A program made the translations under genes and the position numbers. The notes under the pieces were generated by a model. The model was not told the origin of the DNA. It worked only from the letters and a program-made list of their open reading frames with translations, and did no database searches. Of a DNA stretch of 56,357 nt, positions 1-9,553 are shown piece by piece (positions within the stretch are counted from its first letter, which is position 1; every line of letters starts with the position of its first letter). This DNA comes from a candidate division WOR-3 bacterium (GTDB lineage Bacteria > Hydrothermota > Tepidihabitantia > Tepidihabitantales > JAOUPE01): assembly GCA_039801565.1 (NCBI GenBank), contig JBDRUX010000003.1, forward strand, positions 1-56,357, read 5' to 3'.

Positions 1-2
1 AT

Positions 3-3000
3 TCCAGTATTATCCCGGCCGGCAATTTTCCCAATTTAAAAGAGAAGCTGAGTGACGGTTATGACAATTCAATGGTCTGGGTTGGTAGTGAACAGCGCCT
101 GCGTGACCTAAAGGTTGCACCGCTGGTTGTAAAACCGCTCAAATACGATAATGAGCGTGATGAAATTATTTTTTATCGAAATATCGAATTGCGAATTTCT
201 GGGCTCCCTCAAGTTAATCTCGAGAGGGTCTCACCCGCCTTTGATTTAATTTATCGTAACACCGTGCTAAACTATGAGTCATCGGGTTTGATAACACCGC
301 AGGGGTATTTAATCATTGTCCCGGATGAGTTTTATAATAATATTCTACCCCTTGCCCGTTGGAAAGAACAGAAAGGCTGGTATGTTACGGTAACGAAACT
401 CTCCCAGATTGGTGGCAATAATCGGGATTTAATTAAGAATTATATTGCTAATGCTTATGCTACTTGGCAAATCCCACCGGAATATGTCTTATTAATTGGT
501 TCCAAGGATAAGATTCAGACCTTCCCCAGTCCGCGTTTAGGTTTCGCAACTGATTATTATTATTCCTTAGTTGATGGAAATGACAATTTAGCAGATTTAC
601 TGGTCGGTCGGATGTCAGCGGACAATCCAAGTGAATTAGATGTGATTGTGGCAAAGACCCTTGGTTATGAAAAGACACCTTATCTTGGTGACACCTTATG
701 GTATCGGAAGGCACTGCTGGTAGCAACAACCTATCAAGAAGGTGGTGGGAGAGTAGTCACGGCACTGGAGACGAAACGAGAGGTCAAAGAAAAGTTTTTA
801 GCCAATGGTTTCTTAAGGGCTGACACCGTATTTCACGACCCCCCTTATCACAACCCTAACGCCCCGGAGACGATTCGGGTCTTGGTTAATGCTGGGGTTG
901 GAATTATTAACGGCCGTGGTTGGGGGAACAGTGATGGTTGGCAATATCCGACTTTTTTAAGTAGCAATGTCTACAGTCTTGCCAACGGTTGGAAATTACC
1001 AGTGATTACCAGTATCTACTGTGGGACGGGTAATATCAATGCCAATCCCTGTTTTGGTGAAGTATGGCTTCGGGCTGGGACGCCAACTTCTCCAAAAGGT
1101 GGGGTTGCTTTTTTCGGAGCCTCCTGGATGAGCACTTCAACCCGATTTAATAATTGCCTTGATTATGGAATTTACTGGGGAATATTCGAAGAAGGAATAA
1201 CCAATTGCGCCTCGGCAATGTATCGGGGAAAATTAGAACTGATGAAAAATTTTCCATTGCCTTGCGACTCGGTTATGCTAAGAGCTCATCTCGAAACTTA
1301 CAATCTCTTAGGCGACCCTAGTTTAGCAATCTGGACCGCGGTCCCAAAGCCAATTACGGTTGAACATCCAACCACAATTCCAATTGGCGGCAATTATCTT
1401 CGAATAAGAGTAATTGATTACAATGGCACTCCACTATCAGGTGCTTTAGTCTCGTTATGGAAACCCCAGGAAGTGAAAATCACCGGCTACACCGATGCCT
1501 CCGGCTGGGTCGGTTTAGCCATAAGACCAACCACCTCGGATACAATGTTTTTAACCGTTACTGCTAATAATCGAATACCCTATCTTGCTTCGATTATGGT
1601 AAATCCAACTGGACTTTATGTTGGTTATTACGACCATAGTGCAAACAATCTCCAACCTGGTTCAGTCGCTTCACTATCGGTTATTCTAAAAAATTATGGC
1701 ACAACCCAGACCGCTTATAACACTTCAGCGCACCTGCGAACTTCTGACCCTTATATCTATATTACCGATTCCATAAAGAACTATGGCGACATCGCTCCCC
1801 AAACGACTGCCTCTTCCAGCCCATTCCAATTTTATGTAGCAGAAAACTGTCCGAATAATCATCCGGTCAATTTTGAATTAATCATCCAATCCGGCGACAG
1901 CATCTGGCATTCTGGAGTCGATGTCATTGTACCAGCACCAGAATTAATCGCCACCCGGCATCAAATCATTGACGGTGGCAACGGTTATTTAGACCCAAAT
2001 GAAACTGCTGATTTAATCGTTTGGTTACGCAATCAAGGCAATTTAACAATCCAGAATACTCAAACGATACTCCGAACCTTAACCACTGCGGTGACGATTC
2101 TTGACTCAATTGGCAATTTTGGCACCATCAACCCCAATGACTCAGCAGTAAATAGCGGTGACCATTTCCAAATCTTTGCCCAACCTTCTTGTGCTATTGG
2201 TCGGAATGTTGCCTTACAACTATTTGTTACTGGAAATGGCTTTCAAACAGTGGTCAATCTCACTATTCCTATCGGACAGGTGACTGCCAATGTACCATTC
2301 GGACCTGATGGTTATGGCTATTTTGCTTATGACAATACCGATTTGAATTATCCTGAGCATCCGGAATATTCTTGGGTTGAGATTGACCCCAACTTTGGCG
2401 GCAGTGGGACAAGGATTCCATTGGGCAATGATGATATTAAAGTGCGACCGTTACCTTTCACTTTTCGTTATTACGGACGCGATTACAATCGAGTTTCCAT
2501 CGGCTCTAATGGTTATATTGCGATGGACTCGGCTTGGCTTTGCGACCCGTATAACTGGCATATTCCATCAACGATGGGACCACCCGCCCTTATTGCACCA
2601 TTCTGGGATGATTTAAGACCGGACACCTTAAATGCCAGCGGGATTTATCATTATTATGACCAAGCCAATCATCGGTTCATTGTGGAATGGAGTCGGGTCC
2701 ATCATATTCATGGTTTTTTGACACCAATTATCGCTGAGCTGTTAACCTTTCAAGCAATTCTCTTTGACCCGGTCTATTATCCAACCCGGACTGGTGATGG
2801 TGAAATTATTTTCCAGTACCACACGATTATGAATGACGACTCGGCAACTGGTTTTCCCCCCAACGCCCACAACTTCGCAACCTGCGGCATAGAAAATTAT
2901 GAACAAAATATTGGCATTGAGTACACTTATGCCAATCGCTACCCACCGGCTTGTGCACCACTTATAAACGGCCGTGCTATAAAATTCACCACCGACCCAC

Positions 3001-3335
3001 CAGATACATTTATTGGGCTTTTTGAACCTAAGTTTCGAATTTCGAATTTCGAATTTCGAATTTCGAATTTAATCTGCTATCCCAATCCATTCACCGCTAA
3101 AACAACAATCCGCTTCAATGGAAGTCCAAAGGGATTTAGCGTCTTAAAGATTTACAACTTAGCGGGTGAATTAGTAAAGACTTTAGCGGTCAGCGGCAAG
3201 CGGTCTGCGCTGGGCGAATTGGTCTGGGATGGAACCGACCAATTTAATAGAAAAGTCGGCCCAGGGCTATATTTTGTCTTAGGCGAGAGAGAAAAAGGTC
3301 ATAGACCGATTTTAAAGATTATTAAATTAAATTGA
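3..3335 (+). CDS. Peptidase C25 (gingipain-like) family secreted protein with CARDB-like repeats, a NIDO-like FWDD domain and a T9SS C-terminal sorting domain. The 5' end is probably cut by the window edge.
   Basis: The frame is open from nt 3 to the first ATG at 72, so the gene likely starts upstream. C25-style segments are present (GYLIIVPDEF...LARWKEQKGWYV, DYYYSLVDG...LLVGRMS). The C-terminus YPNPFTAKTTIRF...LKIYNLAGELVK...GLYFV is typical of a T9SS CTD. Confidence 0.8.
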   Translation, partial: SSIIPAGNFPNLKEKLSDGYDNSMVWVGSEQRLRDLKVAPLVVKPLKYDNERDEIIFYRNIELRISGLPQVNLERVSPAFDLIYRNTVLNYESSGLITPQGYLIIVPDEFYNNILPLARWKEQKGWYVTVTKLSQIGGNNRDLIKNYIANAYATWQIPPEYVLLIGSKDKIQTFPSPRLGFATDYYYSLVDGNDNLADLLVGRMSADNPSELDVIVAKTLGYEKTPYLGDTLWYRKALLVATTYQEGGGRVVTALETKREVKEKFLANGFLRADTVFHDPPYHNPNAPETIRVLVNAGVGIINGRGWGNSDGWQYPTFLSSNVYSLANGWKLPVITSIYCGTGNINANPCFGEVWLRAGTPTSPKGGVAFFGASWMSTSTRFNNCLDYGIYWGIFEEGITNCASAMYRGKLELMKNFPLPCDSVMLRAHLETYNLLGDPSLAIWTAVPKPITVEHPTTIPIGGNYLRIRVIDYNGTPLSGALVSLWKPQEVKITGYTDASGWVGLAIRPTTSDTMFLTVTANNRIPYLASIMVNPTGLYVGYYDHSANNLQPGSVASLSVILKNYGTTQTAYNTSAHLRTSDPYIYITDSIKNYGDIAPQTTASSSPFQFYVAENCPNNHPVNFELIIQSGDSIWHSGVDVIVPAPELIATRHQIIDGGNGYLDPNETADLIVWLRNQGNLTIQNTQTILRTLTTAVTILDSIGNFGTINPNDSAVNSGDHFQIFAQPSCAIGRNVALQLFVTGNGFQTVVNLTIPIGQVTANVPFGPDGYGYFAYDNTDLNYPEHPEYSWVEIDPNFGGSGTRIPLGNDDIKVRPLPFTFRYYGRDYNRVSIGSNGYIAMDSAWLCDPYNWHIPSTMGPPALIAPFWDDLRPDTLNASGIYHYYDQANHRFIVEWSRVHHIHGFLTPIIAELLTFQAILFDPVYYPTRTGDGEIIFQYHTIMNDDSATGFPPNAHNFATCGIENYEQNIGIEYTYANRYPPACAPLINGRAIKFTTDPPDTFIGLFEPKFRISNFEFRISNLICYPNPFTAKTTIRFNGSPKGFSVLKIYNLAGELVKTLAVSGKRSALGELVWDGTDQFNRKVGPGLYFVLGEREKGHRPILKIIKLN
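3033..3070 (+). repeat. Heptanucleotide microsatellite (TTTCGAA) x5.4 inside the coding sequence, at the passenger/CTD junction
   Basis: Direct reading gives tttcgaa repeated 5 times plus ttt. It encodes FRISNFEFRISN immediately before the YPNPF CTD start. Confidence 0.95.
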
Positions 3336-3345
3336 AAGGAGCACA

Positions 3346-4710
3346 ATGGAGAGATTAGAGATTAAGGAAATAATTGCGCTGTCGGTGCTGGTCTTGAGCC
3401 TAATTTCATTTACTTTTGGTAATAATTATCATGGTTGTGCCTTGGCACCAAACAGCAATCACGGTTGGGTTGTGACAATTGAGTCAACTTTATGTTATCA
3501 CACTTGGGATGGCGGAGTCCATTGGGAGCAACAGAATATCCCAACGACACGAGATTTCTTTGATATCTTCTTTTTAGATTCTCTTAGAGGTTGGACGGCA
3601 AATCGGCTGGCAATGATTTGGCATACCGATGACGGGGGAGCAAGTTGGCGATGGCAAAATCTGGGAGGAGCAAAATTCGCAACCCGCATCTTTTTTTTAG
3701 ATTACACTTTCGGTTGGGCGGCTTGTGGCGAAGCAATAGTTTTACTTACTACTGATAGTGGAACTTCTTGGGTTCAAATAGACTTGCACAATTACCTTCC
3801 AGCGGATACGGTTGATTTTTACGATGTTTCGTTTGTTAACGAGCTAAAAGGTTGGATGGTCGCTGGTCGTTATCCGGAATTAGATACGGCCGGAAATGTT
3901 ATCTTCAAACAAGGTCAGGGTTATATTGTCCACTCGGAAGACGGTGGCGATAGTTGGGTCTTACAACGCCGTGATACCTATTATGATTTCTTTGGAGTCA
4001 AATTCAAAGATGAATTGGAAGGTTGGGTTGTTGGCGGTAATGATTCAACGATGGAAGCGTGTGTTTTACACACCACTGATGGCGGTCAGACCTGGCAGGC
4101 GCAATCAATTCCCGCTCAAGCCAAATACCTTCGCGCCTTAGAACTGATTGATGGCAATAAACTCTGGGCAGTTGGCAGAAATGGCACGATAATCTACTCT
4201 TCCAACGGCGGCAATACTTGGACTCTTCAGACCAGCGGCGTAGATACGACATTATTCGATGTTGACTTTGCTGACTCTTTGCGCGGACTGATTGCCGGTA
4301 ATGACATTGTTCTTTATACCCAAGATGGTGGAAGGAATTGGATTATAACCGACCCAACCGGTCTTTTTGAACCAAAGTCTCGAATTTCGAATTTCGAATT
4401 TCGAATTTCGAATTTAATCTGCTATCCCAATCCATTCACTGCTAAAACGACAATCCGCTTCAATGGAAATCCAAAGGGATTTAGCGTCTTAAAGATTTAC
4501 AACTCAGCAGGTGAATTAGTAAAGTCATTTTCTCTAACAACCAAAAACCAACAACCAATAACTCTTATCTGGGATGGTAGGGATGACCGGGGTAAAGAAT
4601 TGGCTCCGGGTATTTACTTCTGCCAATTGCAAGCCAGTCGAATCGGCCCTTCACCCGAATCGGGCTCGGGTGGCTACCAACAATTAAGGAAGATTACCTT
4701 AATCAAATAA
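3346..4710 (+). CDS. BNR/Asp-box (Ycf48/sialidase-like) beta-propeller protein with a T9SS C-terminal sorting domain
   Basis: There are seven Asp-box motifs (TWDGGVHW, TDDGGASW, TDSGTSW, SEDGGDSW, TTDGGQTW, SSNGGNTW, TQDGGRNW). The protein has an N-terminal hydrophobic signal, an AAGGAG RBS upstream, and the C-terminus YPNPFTAKTTIRF...GIYFCQL. Confidence 0.8.
   Translation: MERLEIKEIIALSVLVLSLISFTFGNNYHGCALAPNSNHGWVVTIESTLCYHTWDGGVHWEQQNIPTTRDFFDIFFLDSLRGWTANRLAMIWHTDDGGASWRWQNLGGAKFATRIFFLDYTFGWAACGEAIVLLTTDSGTSWVQIDLHNYLPADTVDFYDVSFVNELKGWMVAGRYPELDTAGNVIFKQGQGYIVHSEDGGDSWVLQRRDTYYDFFGVKFKDELEGWVVGGNDSTMEACVLHTTDGGQTWQAQSIPAQAKYLRALELIDGNKLWAVGRNGTIIYSSNGGNTWTLQTSGVDTTLFDVDFADSLRGLIAGNDIVLYTQDGGRNWIITDPTGLFEPKSRISNFEFRISNLICYPNPFTAKTTIRFNGNPKGFSVLKIYNSAGELVKSFSLTTKNQQPITLIWDGRDDRGKELAPGIYFCQLQASRIGPSPESGSGGYQQLRKITLIK
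4378..4415 (+). repeat. Heptanucleotide microsatellite (TTTCGAA) x5.4; first unit is TCTCGAA. It lies inside the coding sequence at the passenger/CTD junction.
   Basis: Direct reading shows the same unit, same copy number and same reading frame as at 3033-3070. Confidence 0.95.
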
Positions 4711-4730
4711 AACCATTATCCTTATCTAAA

Positions 4731-5411
4731 ATGTATCTCTTTATCTCCATACCGCCAACTGCTGACGAATTGGCTGGTCATTTCGTGGCATTCCTCTTCG
4801 GTTTTATTTTTGGTGCAATACCGTTTGGTTATATTATAAGCAAAAAGCAAGGAATTGATATAAGAAGCTATGGAAGTGGCAATATCGGTTTCACCAATGT
4901 TTATCGGGTATTAGGTTTTAAGACGGCGTTGCCGGTCTTTATCTTAGATTTCGCCAAAGGATTTCTTCCCACACTATTTGCTAACCGGTTAGGACTGATG
5001 GCAATCTTTACCGGTGCTGGCGCCTTACTTGGTCATATCTTCACTCCATTTTTGAAATTTCGTGGCGGCAAAGGGGTCGCTACCACTTTCGGTATTGCTT
5101 TAGCACTCACACCAATCAGCTTCGGTTTAAGTGTCATCTTTTTTGCTATAATTCTTCTAATATTTTCTTATGTCTCTTTGGCCTCAATCACTTTTGCAGT
5201 AACTCTACCAATTTTGACTATGATTTTAAGCAATAACCGAATTATCTTTTTCTTCACTTTATTCAATGGCCTTCTCTTAATTATCACTCATCGGTCTAAT
5301 ATCCGCCGACTATTGAAAAAGGAAGAACCGAAATTTCGTCTACGGAAAAATCAATCGTCAAGGGCACTATGGACTGGGGATAGCGATTTCAGCGAAAATA
5401 ACACATCATAG
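4731..5411 (+). CDS. plsY: Glycerol-3-phosphate acyltransferase PlsY
   Basis: Motifs GSGNIGFTNVYRVLG and HIFTPFLKFRGGKGVAT are present in a polytopic membrane protein. The gene sits next to gpsA, as in many bacteria. The exact start is uncertain. Confidence 0.85.
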   Translation: MYLFISIPPTADELAGHFVAFLFGFIFGAIPFGYIISKKQGIDIRSYGSGNIGFTNVYRVLGFKTALPVFILDFAKGFLPTLFANRLGLMAIFTGAGALLGHIFTPFLKFRGGKGVATTFGIALALTPISFGLSVIFFAIILLIFSYVSLASITFAVTLPILTMILSNNRIIFFFTLFNGLLLIITHRSNIRRLLKKEEPKFRLRKNQSSRALWTGDSDFSENNTS

Positions 5412-5439
5412 GCAACCAATCTTTCCCAATTTTTAACTT

Positions 5440-6438
5440 ATGAGTATTGGCTTTATTGGTGCCGGACGCTGGGGTATCGCATTGGCGCTAATCCTTAACC
5501 GGAAAGGGGTTAGTGTAAAAATGTGGGAATACGACCCAGGGCGTGCCGATGCCTTAAACGAGCAACGAAAAATTCCCGAGTTACCGGCAACGGCTACAAT
5601 TCCAGAAACAATTGTTATCACCAATAACCTGACTGAAGTTTTAACTGATGCTGAAATCTTAGTCTTTGCCGTGCCAGCCCAAACTTTGCGTTCAGTCGTG
5701 ACGACAGTTTATGAAGCAAAACCAAGTGACGAGACGATTTTGGTTAGCGTCGTCAAGGGAATTGACCAGAACACCTTGAAACGGATGTCAGAAGTGATTC
5801 GGGAAAAATTCGACTCAGCAAAATTGGTGGTTTTGGCTGGTCCGGGTATTCCTTACGATGTGGTTGCTGGTTCGCCAACTTCTTTAGTTGCTGCTTCCGA
5901 TGATGCCAAGGCTTGCACCTTGGTGCAAGAGGTCTTTTCTTTTGAAAACTTAAGGGTCTATTCCCATTCCGATGTGGTTGGTGTTGAGTTGGGTGGGGCA
6001 TTGAAGAATGTAATTGCGATTGCTGCGGGAATTTGTGATGGTCTGAATTTGGGTATCAATGCTAAAGCAGCCCTTTTAACCCGCGGTTTAGCCGAGATTA
6101 CTCGGTTAGGAATTGCCCTTAATGCCAATCCATTAACTTTTGCTGGTCTTTCCGGAATGGGCGATTTGATTGTTACCGCTTTTTCTCCGTATTCCCGGAA
6201 TTGGCAGGTAGGAAAGGAATTAGCAAAAAGCAAAAGCCTCAAATCAATATTAGAGAGTTTACCCGGGACTGCGGAAGGAGTGGCGACAGCAAAAGCCGGA
6301 ATTGGATTAGCCAACAAGTTTCGTATCGAAATGCCGTTGACCGAAGAGGTGAATCGAATTCTTTTTGAAAATTCCGACCCCAGGGTGAGTCTACAAAGAT
6401 TACTCAAAAGGCAACTGAAAGCCGAACTTTGGCGGTGA
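5440..6438 (+). CDS. gpsA: NAD(P)H-dependent glycerol-3-phosphate dehydrogenase
   Basis: N-terminal Rossmann motif IGAGRWGIALA. GpsA signature GALKNVIAIAAGICDGL. Length of 332 aa fits. Confidence 0.9.
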   Translation: MSIGFIGAGRWGIALALILNRKGVSVKMWEYDPGRADALNEQRKIPELPATATIPETIVITNNLTEVLTDAEILVFAVPAQTLRSVVTTVYEAKPSDETILVSVVKGIDQNTLKRMSEVIREKFDSAKLVVLAGPGIPYDVVAGSPTSLVAASDDAKACTLVQEVFSFENLRVYSHSDVVGVELGGALKNVIAIAAGICDGLNLGINAKAALLTRGLAEITRLGIALNANPLTFAGLSGMGDLIVTAFSPYSRNWQVGKELAKSKSLKSILESLPGTAEGVATAKAGIGLANKFRIEMPLTEEVNRILFENSDPRVSLQRLLKRQLKAELWR

Positions 6439-6467
6439 ATAATTGCTCGACTCTTGTAAATTGACTA

Positions 6468-6496
6468 TTGTCTTTTTCAATTCATTTTAATATAAT
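6468..6496 (+). promoter_or_regulatory. Sigma70-like promoter (TTGTCT-17 nt-TATAAT) directly abutting the MerR-like start region
   Basis: TTGTCT lies at 6468-6473 and TATAAT at 6491-6496. Candidate starts are TTG 6497 and ATG 6506, which leaves almost no leader. Confidence 0.4.
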
Positions 6497-6868
6497 TTGA
6501 CCAAGATGAAGCAACAGAAATTTTATTCTTTGAAGCAAACCTGTCGGATAATCGGGGTCAAACCCTATATTTTAAAGCATTGGGAAAAGAAGTTGGGCTT
6601 CAATCCTGACAAAAATTCCGCGGGCCGACGAATCTATACGGAGAAAGACATTGAGAAATTTGCTTTGATCCGCCATCTTTTATATCGGGAACTTTACACA
6701 ATTGAAGGGGCTAAAAGGAAATTGGATAAATTAAGAAGATTACCAACAACTAAGAGTAATAAACGCCCAAAAGAAAAAAATATTTTGCTCATTCTCAAAA
6801 AGGATTTGATTGACTTAAAGACCCAACTTTTAGCCACTGAGACCACTGAAGTCGGCTCAAAGGACTAA
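6497..6868 (+). CDS. MerR-family HTH transcriptional regulator (small)
   Basis: N-terminal YSLKQTCRIIGVKPYILKHWEKKLG resembles a MerR-type HTH. ATG 6506 is an alternative and probably better start. Confidence 0.6.
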   Translation: MTKMKQQKFYSLKQTCRIIGVKPYILKHWEKKLGFNPDKNSAGRRIYTEKDIEKFALIRHLLYRELYTIEGAKRKLDKLRRLPTTKSNKRPKEKNILLILKKDLIDLKTQLLATETTEVGSKD

Positions 6869-6958
6869 ATGACTCCAACTTTAGCAATCGACGCCCGAAG
6901 GCCATTTTTTGCTCACGGCTTGACAATTGGATTTTTTTTATTAACCTTTAACTCTTAA

Positions 6959-8335
6959 TTGGGAGATTTTTTGTTAGGTCAAGCGAAGTTAAATGAATTG
7001 ATTGATTTTGGCTTAAATCATTCCCGAGCCGACCAGACCGAAATTGTTATCAACTATTTTGAGTCTTATCTTACCCGTTTTGCTAACTCGGCAATCCACC
7101 AAAATGTTGCCGAACGAAATGGCTCAATATCAATTCGGGTTGCCGTCGGTAAACGGATTGGCAGTGCCAAGACCAATAACTTCAGCCCGGAGGCGATAAT
7201 TCAAACTTTAAATCAAGCCTTAGCAATCGCTAATTTTCAGCCGGAAAATCCTGATTTTATTTCATTACCTAAACCCTCTCCAAACGGTTATCGCCGAATT
7301 GACATTTACCATAAAAAAACTCATAACCTATCGCCAAAAGACCGAGCCGATGCAGTAAAAAGAATTATTGAAACGGTTAAAAGTGCTAACCTACGGGCTT
7401 TTGGTTCATTCACTAATGGTGCTACTGAATATGGGATTGGCAATTCTTTAGGGATTCGTGCTTATGCCTGTGGTTCGGATGTCTTTTGTAATGTGGTGGC
7501 ACTGGGTGAAAATTCCTCAGGCTATGCCCAAGCTGGCGCGCGGGATGTAACTAAACTTAAACCCGAAAAAGTTGCTGAAAGTGCAATCAAAAAGGCAACA
7601 GCTGGGCAAAATCCAATCGCAATTGAACCAGGCGAATACGAAGTGATTTTAGAACCTTTAGCCAGTACTGAATTGCTCGAAGTTTTAGGCTGGACTGGTT
7701 TTGGGGCAAAAACCTATCAAGAAGGACGTTCTTTTATGTGTGACAATCTCGAGAAAAAGATAGTCGGCGATAATATCACTATCATTGATGATGCCTATAA
7801 CGAACAAGGTTTTGCCTTTCCCTTCGATTTTGAAGGGGTGCCAAAACAGAAAGTCATTTTAATTGAAAATGGAATTGCTAAAGGTTTAGTCTACGATAGC
7901 CTTTGTGCCAACAAAGAGAATAAAGAATCAACCGGTCATGCGTTACCAGCACCTAATACCCTTGGACCAATACCACTTAATTTAATGTTAATGCCGGGCA
8001 ACTCCGCCTTAGAAAAGATGATTAGTAATGCGAAGAAGGCAATCTTGGTAACCAGATTTCACTACACCAATGTAGTGGAACCGAAAAAGACGATTTTTAC
8101 TGGAATGACCCGAGATGGCACCTTCTTAGTGGAAAATGGTAAAATAACCAAGGCGATTAAGAACCTTCGGTTCACCGAGAATATCTTGAGGGCTTTAAAT
8201 CGGGTTTTGGAGATTTCGCAAGACCTTACTTTGGTTGGCGGCGGCGCTGGTTATGAAGGAAGGTTTCCGACCGGTACTTTAGCGCCAGCCTTAAGAATTG
8301 AGTCATTCAATTTTTCGGGCAAGACGGAATTCTAA
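6959..8335 (+). CDS. TldD/PmbA-family (peptidase U62) protein
   Basis: Length of 458 aa and C-terminal segments typical of the family (STGHALP, TRFHYTNVVEPKK, GMTRDGTFLVENGKI, PALRIESFNFSG). The start is TTG. Confidence 0.75.
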   Translation: MGDFLLGQAKLNELIDFGLNHSRADQTEIVINYFESYLTRFANSAIHQNVAERNGSISIRVAVGKRIGSAKTNNFSPEAIIQTLNQALAIANFQPENPDFISLPKPSPNGYRRIDIYHKKTHNLSPKDRADAVKRIIETVKSANLRAFGSFTNGATEYGIGNSLGIRAYACGSDVFCNVVALGENSSGYAQAGARDVTKLKPEKVAESAIKKATAGQNPIAIEPGEYEVILEPLASTELLEVLGWTGFGAKTYQEGRSFMCDNLEKKIVGDNITIIDDAYNEQGFAFPFDFEGVPKQKVILIENGIAKGLVYDSLCANKENKESTGHALPAPNTLGPIPLNLMLMPGNSALEKMISNAKKAILVTRFHYTNVVEPKKTIFTGMTRDGTFLVENGKITKAIKNLRFTENILRALNRVLEISQDLTLVGGGAGYEGRFPTGTLAPALRIESFNFSGKTEF

Positions 8336-9553
8336 ATGCGATTAAATGCCAAAACGCTTCCTTCTCGGTTTTTTACGACAACTGGGTTAATCATTATTTC
8401 CCTAATCGCCGCGGTTTTTGCCCAAAATCCAGCACCACCCGAAAATATTAAAGTTTATGATACTCCCAACGATGCGGGGAAAAGTGTTACAATCGAATGG
8501 GAACTTTCGCCAACCGATAGTGGTGATGTTTTGGTATTAAAAGGCTATGAGATTTATCGTTCGTTGCGACCGGATAGCGGATTTGAAAATATCGGTTTCG
8601 CCCTATGTGGCAAAACCAGTTATGAGGATAATACTACTCAAGATGGTAAGCTTTACTACTATTTTGTTCGAGCAGTAGCACCGGCAGGCTTTGCCGATTC
8701 TAAAATTGTCGGTCCAGTCAGTTCCAAAGCCCAGTGGTTCAATACCGCTCGGACCAATATTTTAATTTTGGCAATATTATTCGGGTTTCTCATAATCTGG
8801 TATATTGAGCGGGCAAAAAAAGGGGAGAAATTATTTATCCGTAAGATTGCCGGCTTAGATGCCATTGACGATGCGGTGGGTAGAGCAACCGAAATGGGCC
8901 GACCAATTCTTTTCAGCTTCGGCTTAGGGGCGATAACCGATATTGTCACCATTGCCGCACTTGCCATATTGGGTAAGATTGCGAAAAAATCTGCGGAATA
9001 TCAGACGAAATTACTTGTGCCCAATTATGACCCAATTGTGATGACCGCTGCCCAAGAGACGGTGAAACAAGCCTATATTGAAGCCGGCCGACCCGATTTA
9101 TACAACGAATCTAATATCCCTTATCTAACTACTGACCAGTTTGGTTATGCGGCTGGGGTTGATGGGATAATGATGCGCGAAAGGCCCGGAGCGGTATTCT
9201 GGCAGGGTTATTTCTTTGCCGAATCTTTAATCTTAGCCGAAACTGGTCACACCACTGGAGCGATCCAAATCGCCGGCACTACTGCAATAACTCAACTACC
9301 ATTCTTCATCGCCGCTTGTGACTATACACTGATTGGTGAAGAGATGTATGCCGCCTCCTGTTATTTAAAGCCCGACCCTCAGATGCTTGGTAGTCTAAAA
9401 GGCGAAGACTTTGCCAAACTGGTGACGATTGGAATTATTGTCATTGCCGTAATAATTGGGACGCTGGCCGGTCTTAAAGTACCAGGTTTTGGTAAACTCT
9501 TTGATTATATTACTGACTTATTCGGTCAGATGCGAATGATTTTTGGCAAATGA
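8336..9553 (+). CDS. Membrane protein with an extracytoplasmic FN3-like domain; function unknown
   Basis: The ATG abuts the TldD-like stop (TAAATG). It has a signal/anchor helix and an FN3-like segment (PPENIKVYDTPNDAGKSVTIEWELSP...GYEIYRS), followed by TM helices around a soluble segment. Confidence 0.6.
   Translation: MRLNAKTLPSRFFTTTGLIIISLIAAVFAQNPAPPENIKVYDTPNDAGKSVTIEWELSPTDSGDVLVLKGYEIYRSLRPDSGFENIGFALCGKTSYEDNTTQDGKLYYYFVRAVAPAGFADSKIVGPVSSKAQWFNTARTNILILAILFGFLIIWYIERAKKGEKLFIRKIAGLDAIDDAVGRATEMGRPILFSFGLGAITDIVTIAALAILGKIAKKSAEYQTKLLVPNYDPIVMTAAQETVKQAYIEAGRPDLYNESNIPYLTTDQFGYAAGVDGIMMRERPGAVFWQGYFFAESLILAETGHTTGAIQIAGTTAITQLPFFIAACDYTLIGEEMYAASCYLKPDPQMLGSLKGEDFAKLVTIGIIVIAVIIGTLAGLKVPGFGKLFDYITDLFGQMRMIFGK

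Noticed and set aside
5958-6407. Antisense and off-frame ORFs inside well-supported genes (e.g. 460-729, 5958-6407, 8659-8967, 9849-10097, 11269-11463, 18631-18945, 24611-24928, 36096-36428, 42230-42727, 53480-53755)
   Set aside because: They lie entirely within genes that have clear family motifs on the other strand or frame. They have odd compositions (Arg/Ser/Pro-rich or hydrophobic nonsense) and no RBS. These are typical shadow ORFs.
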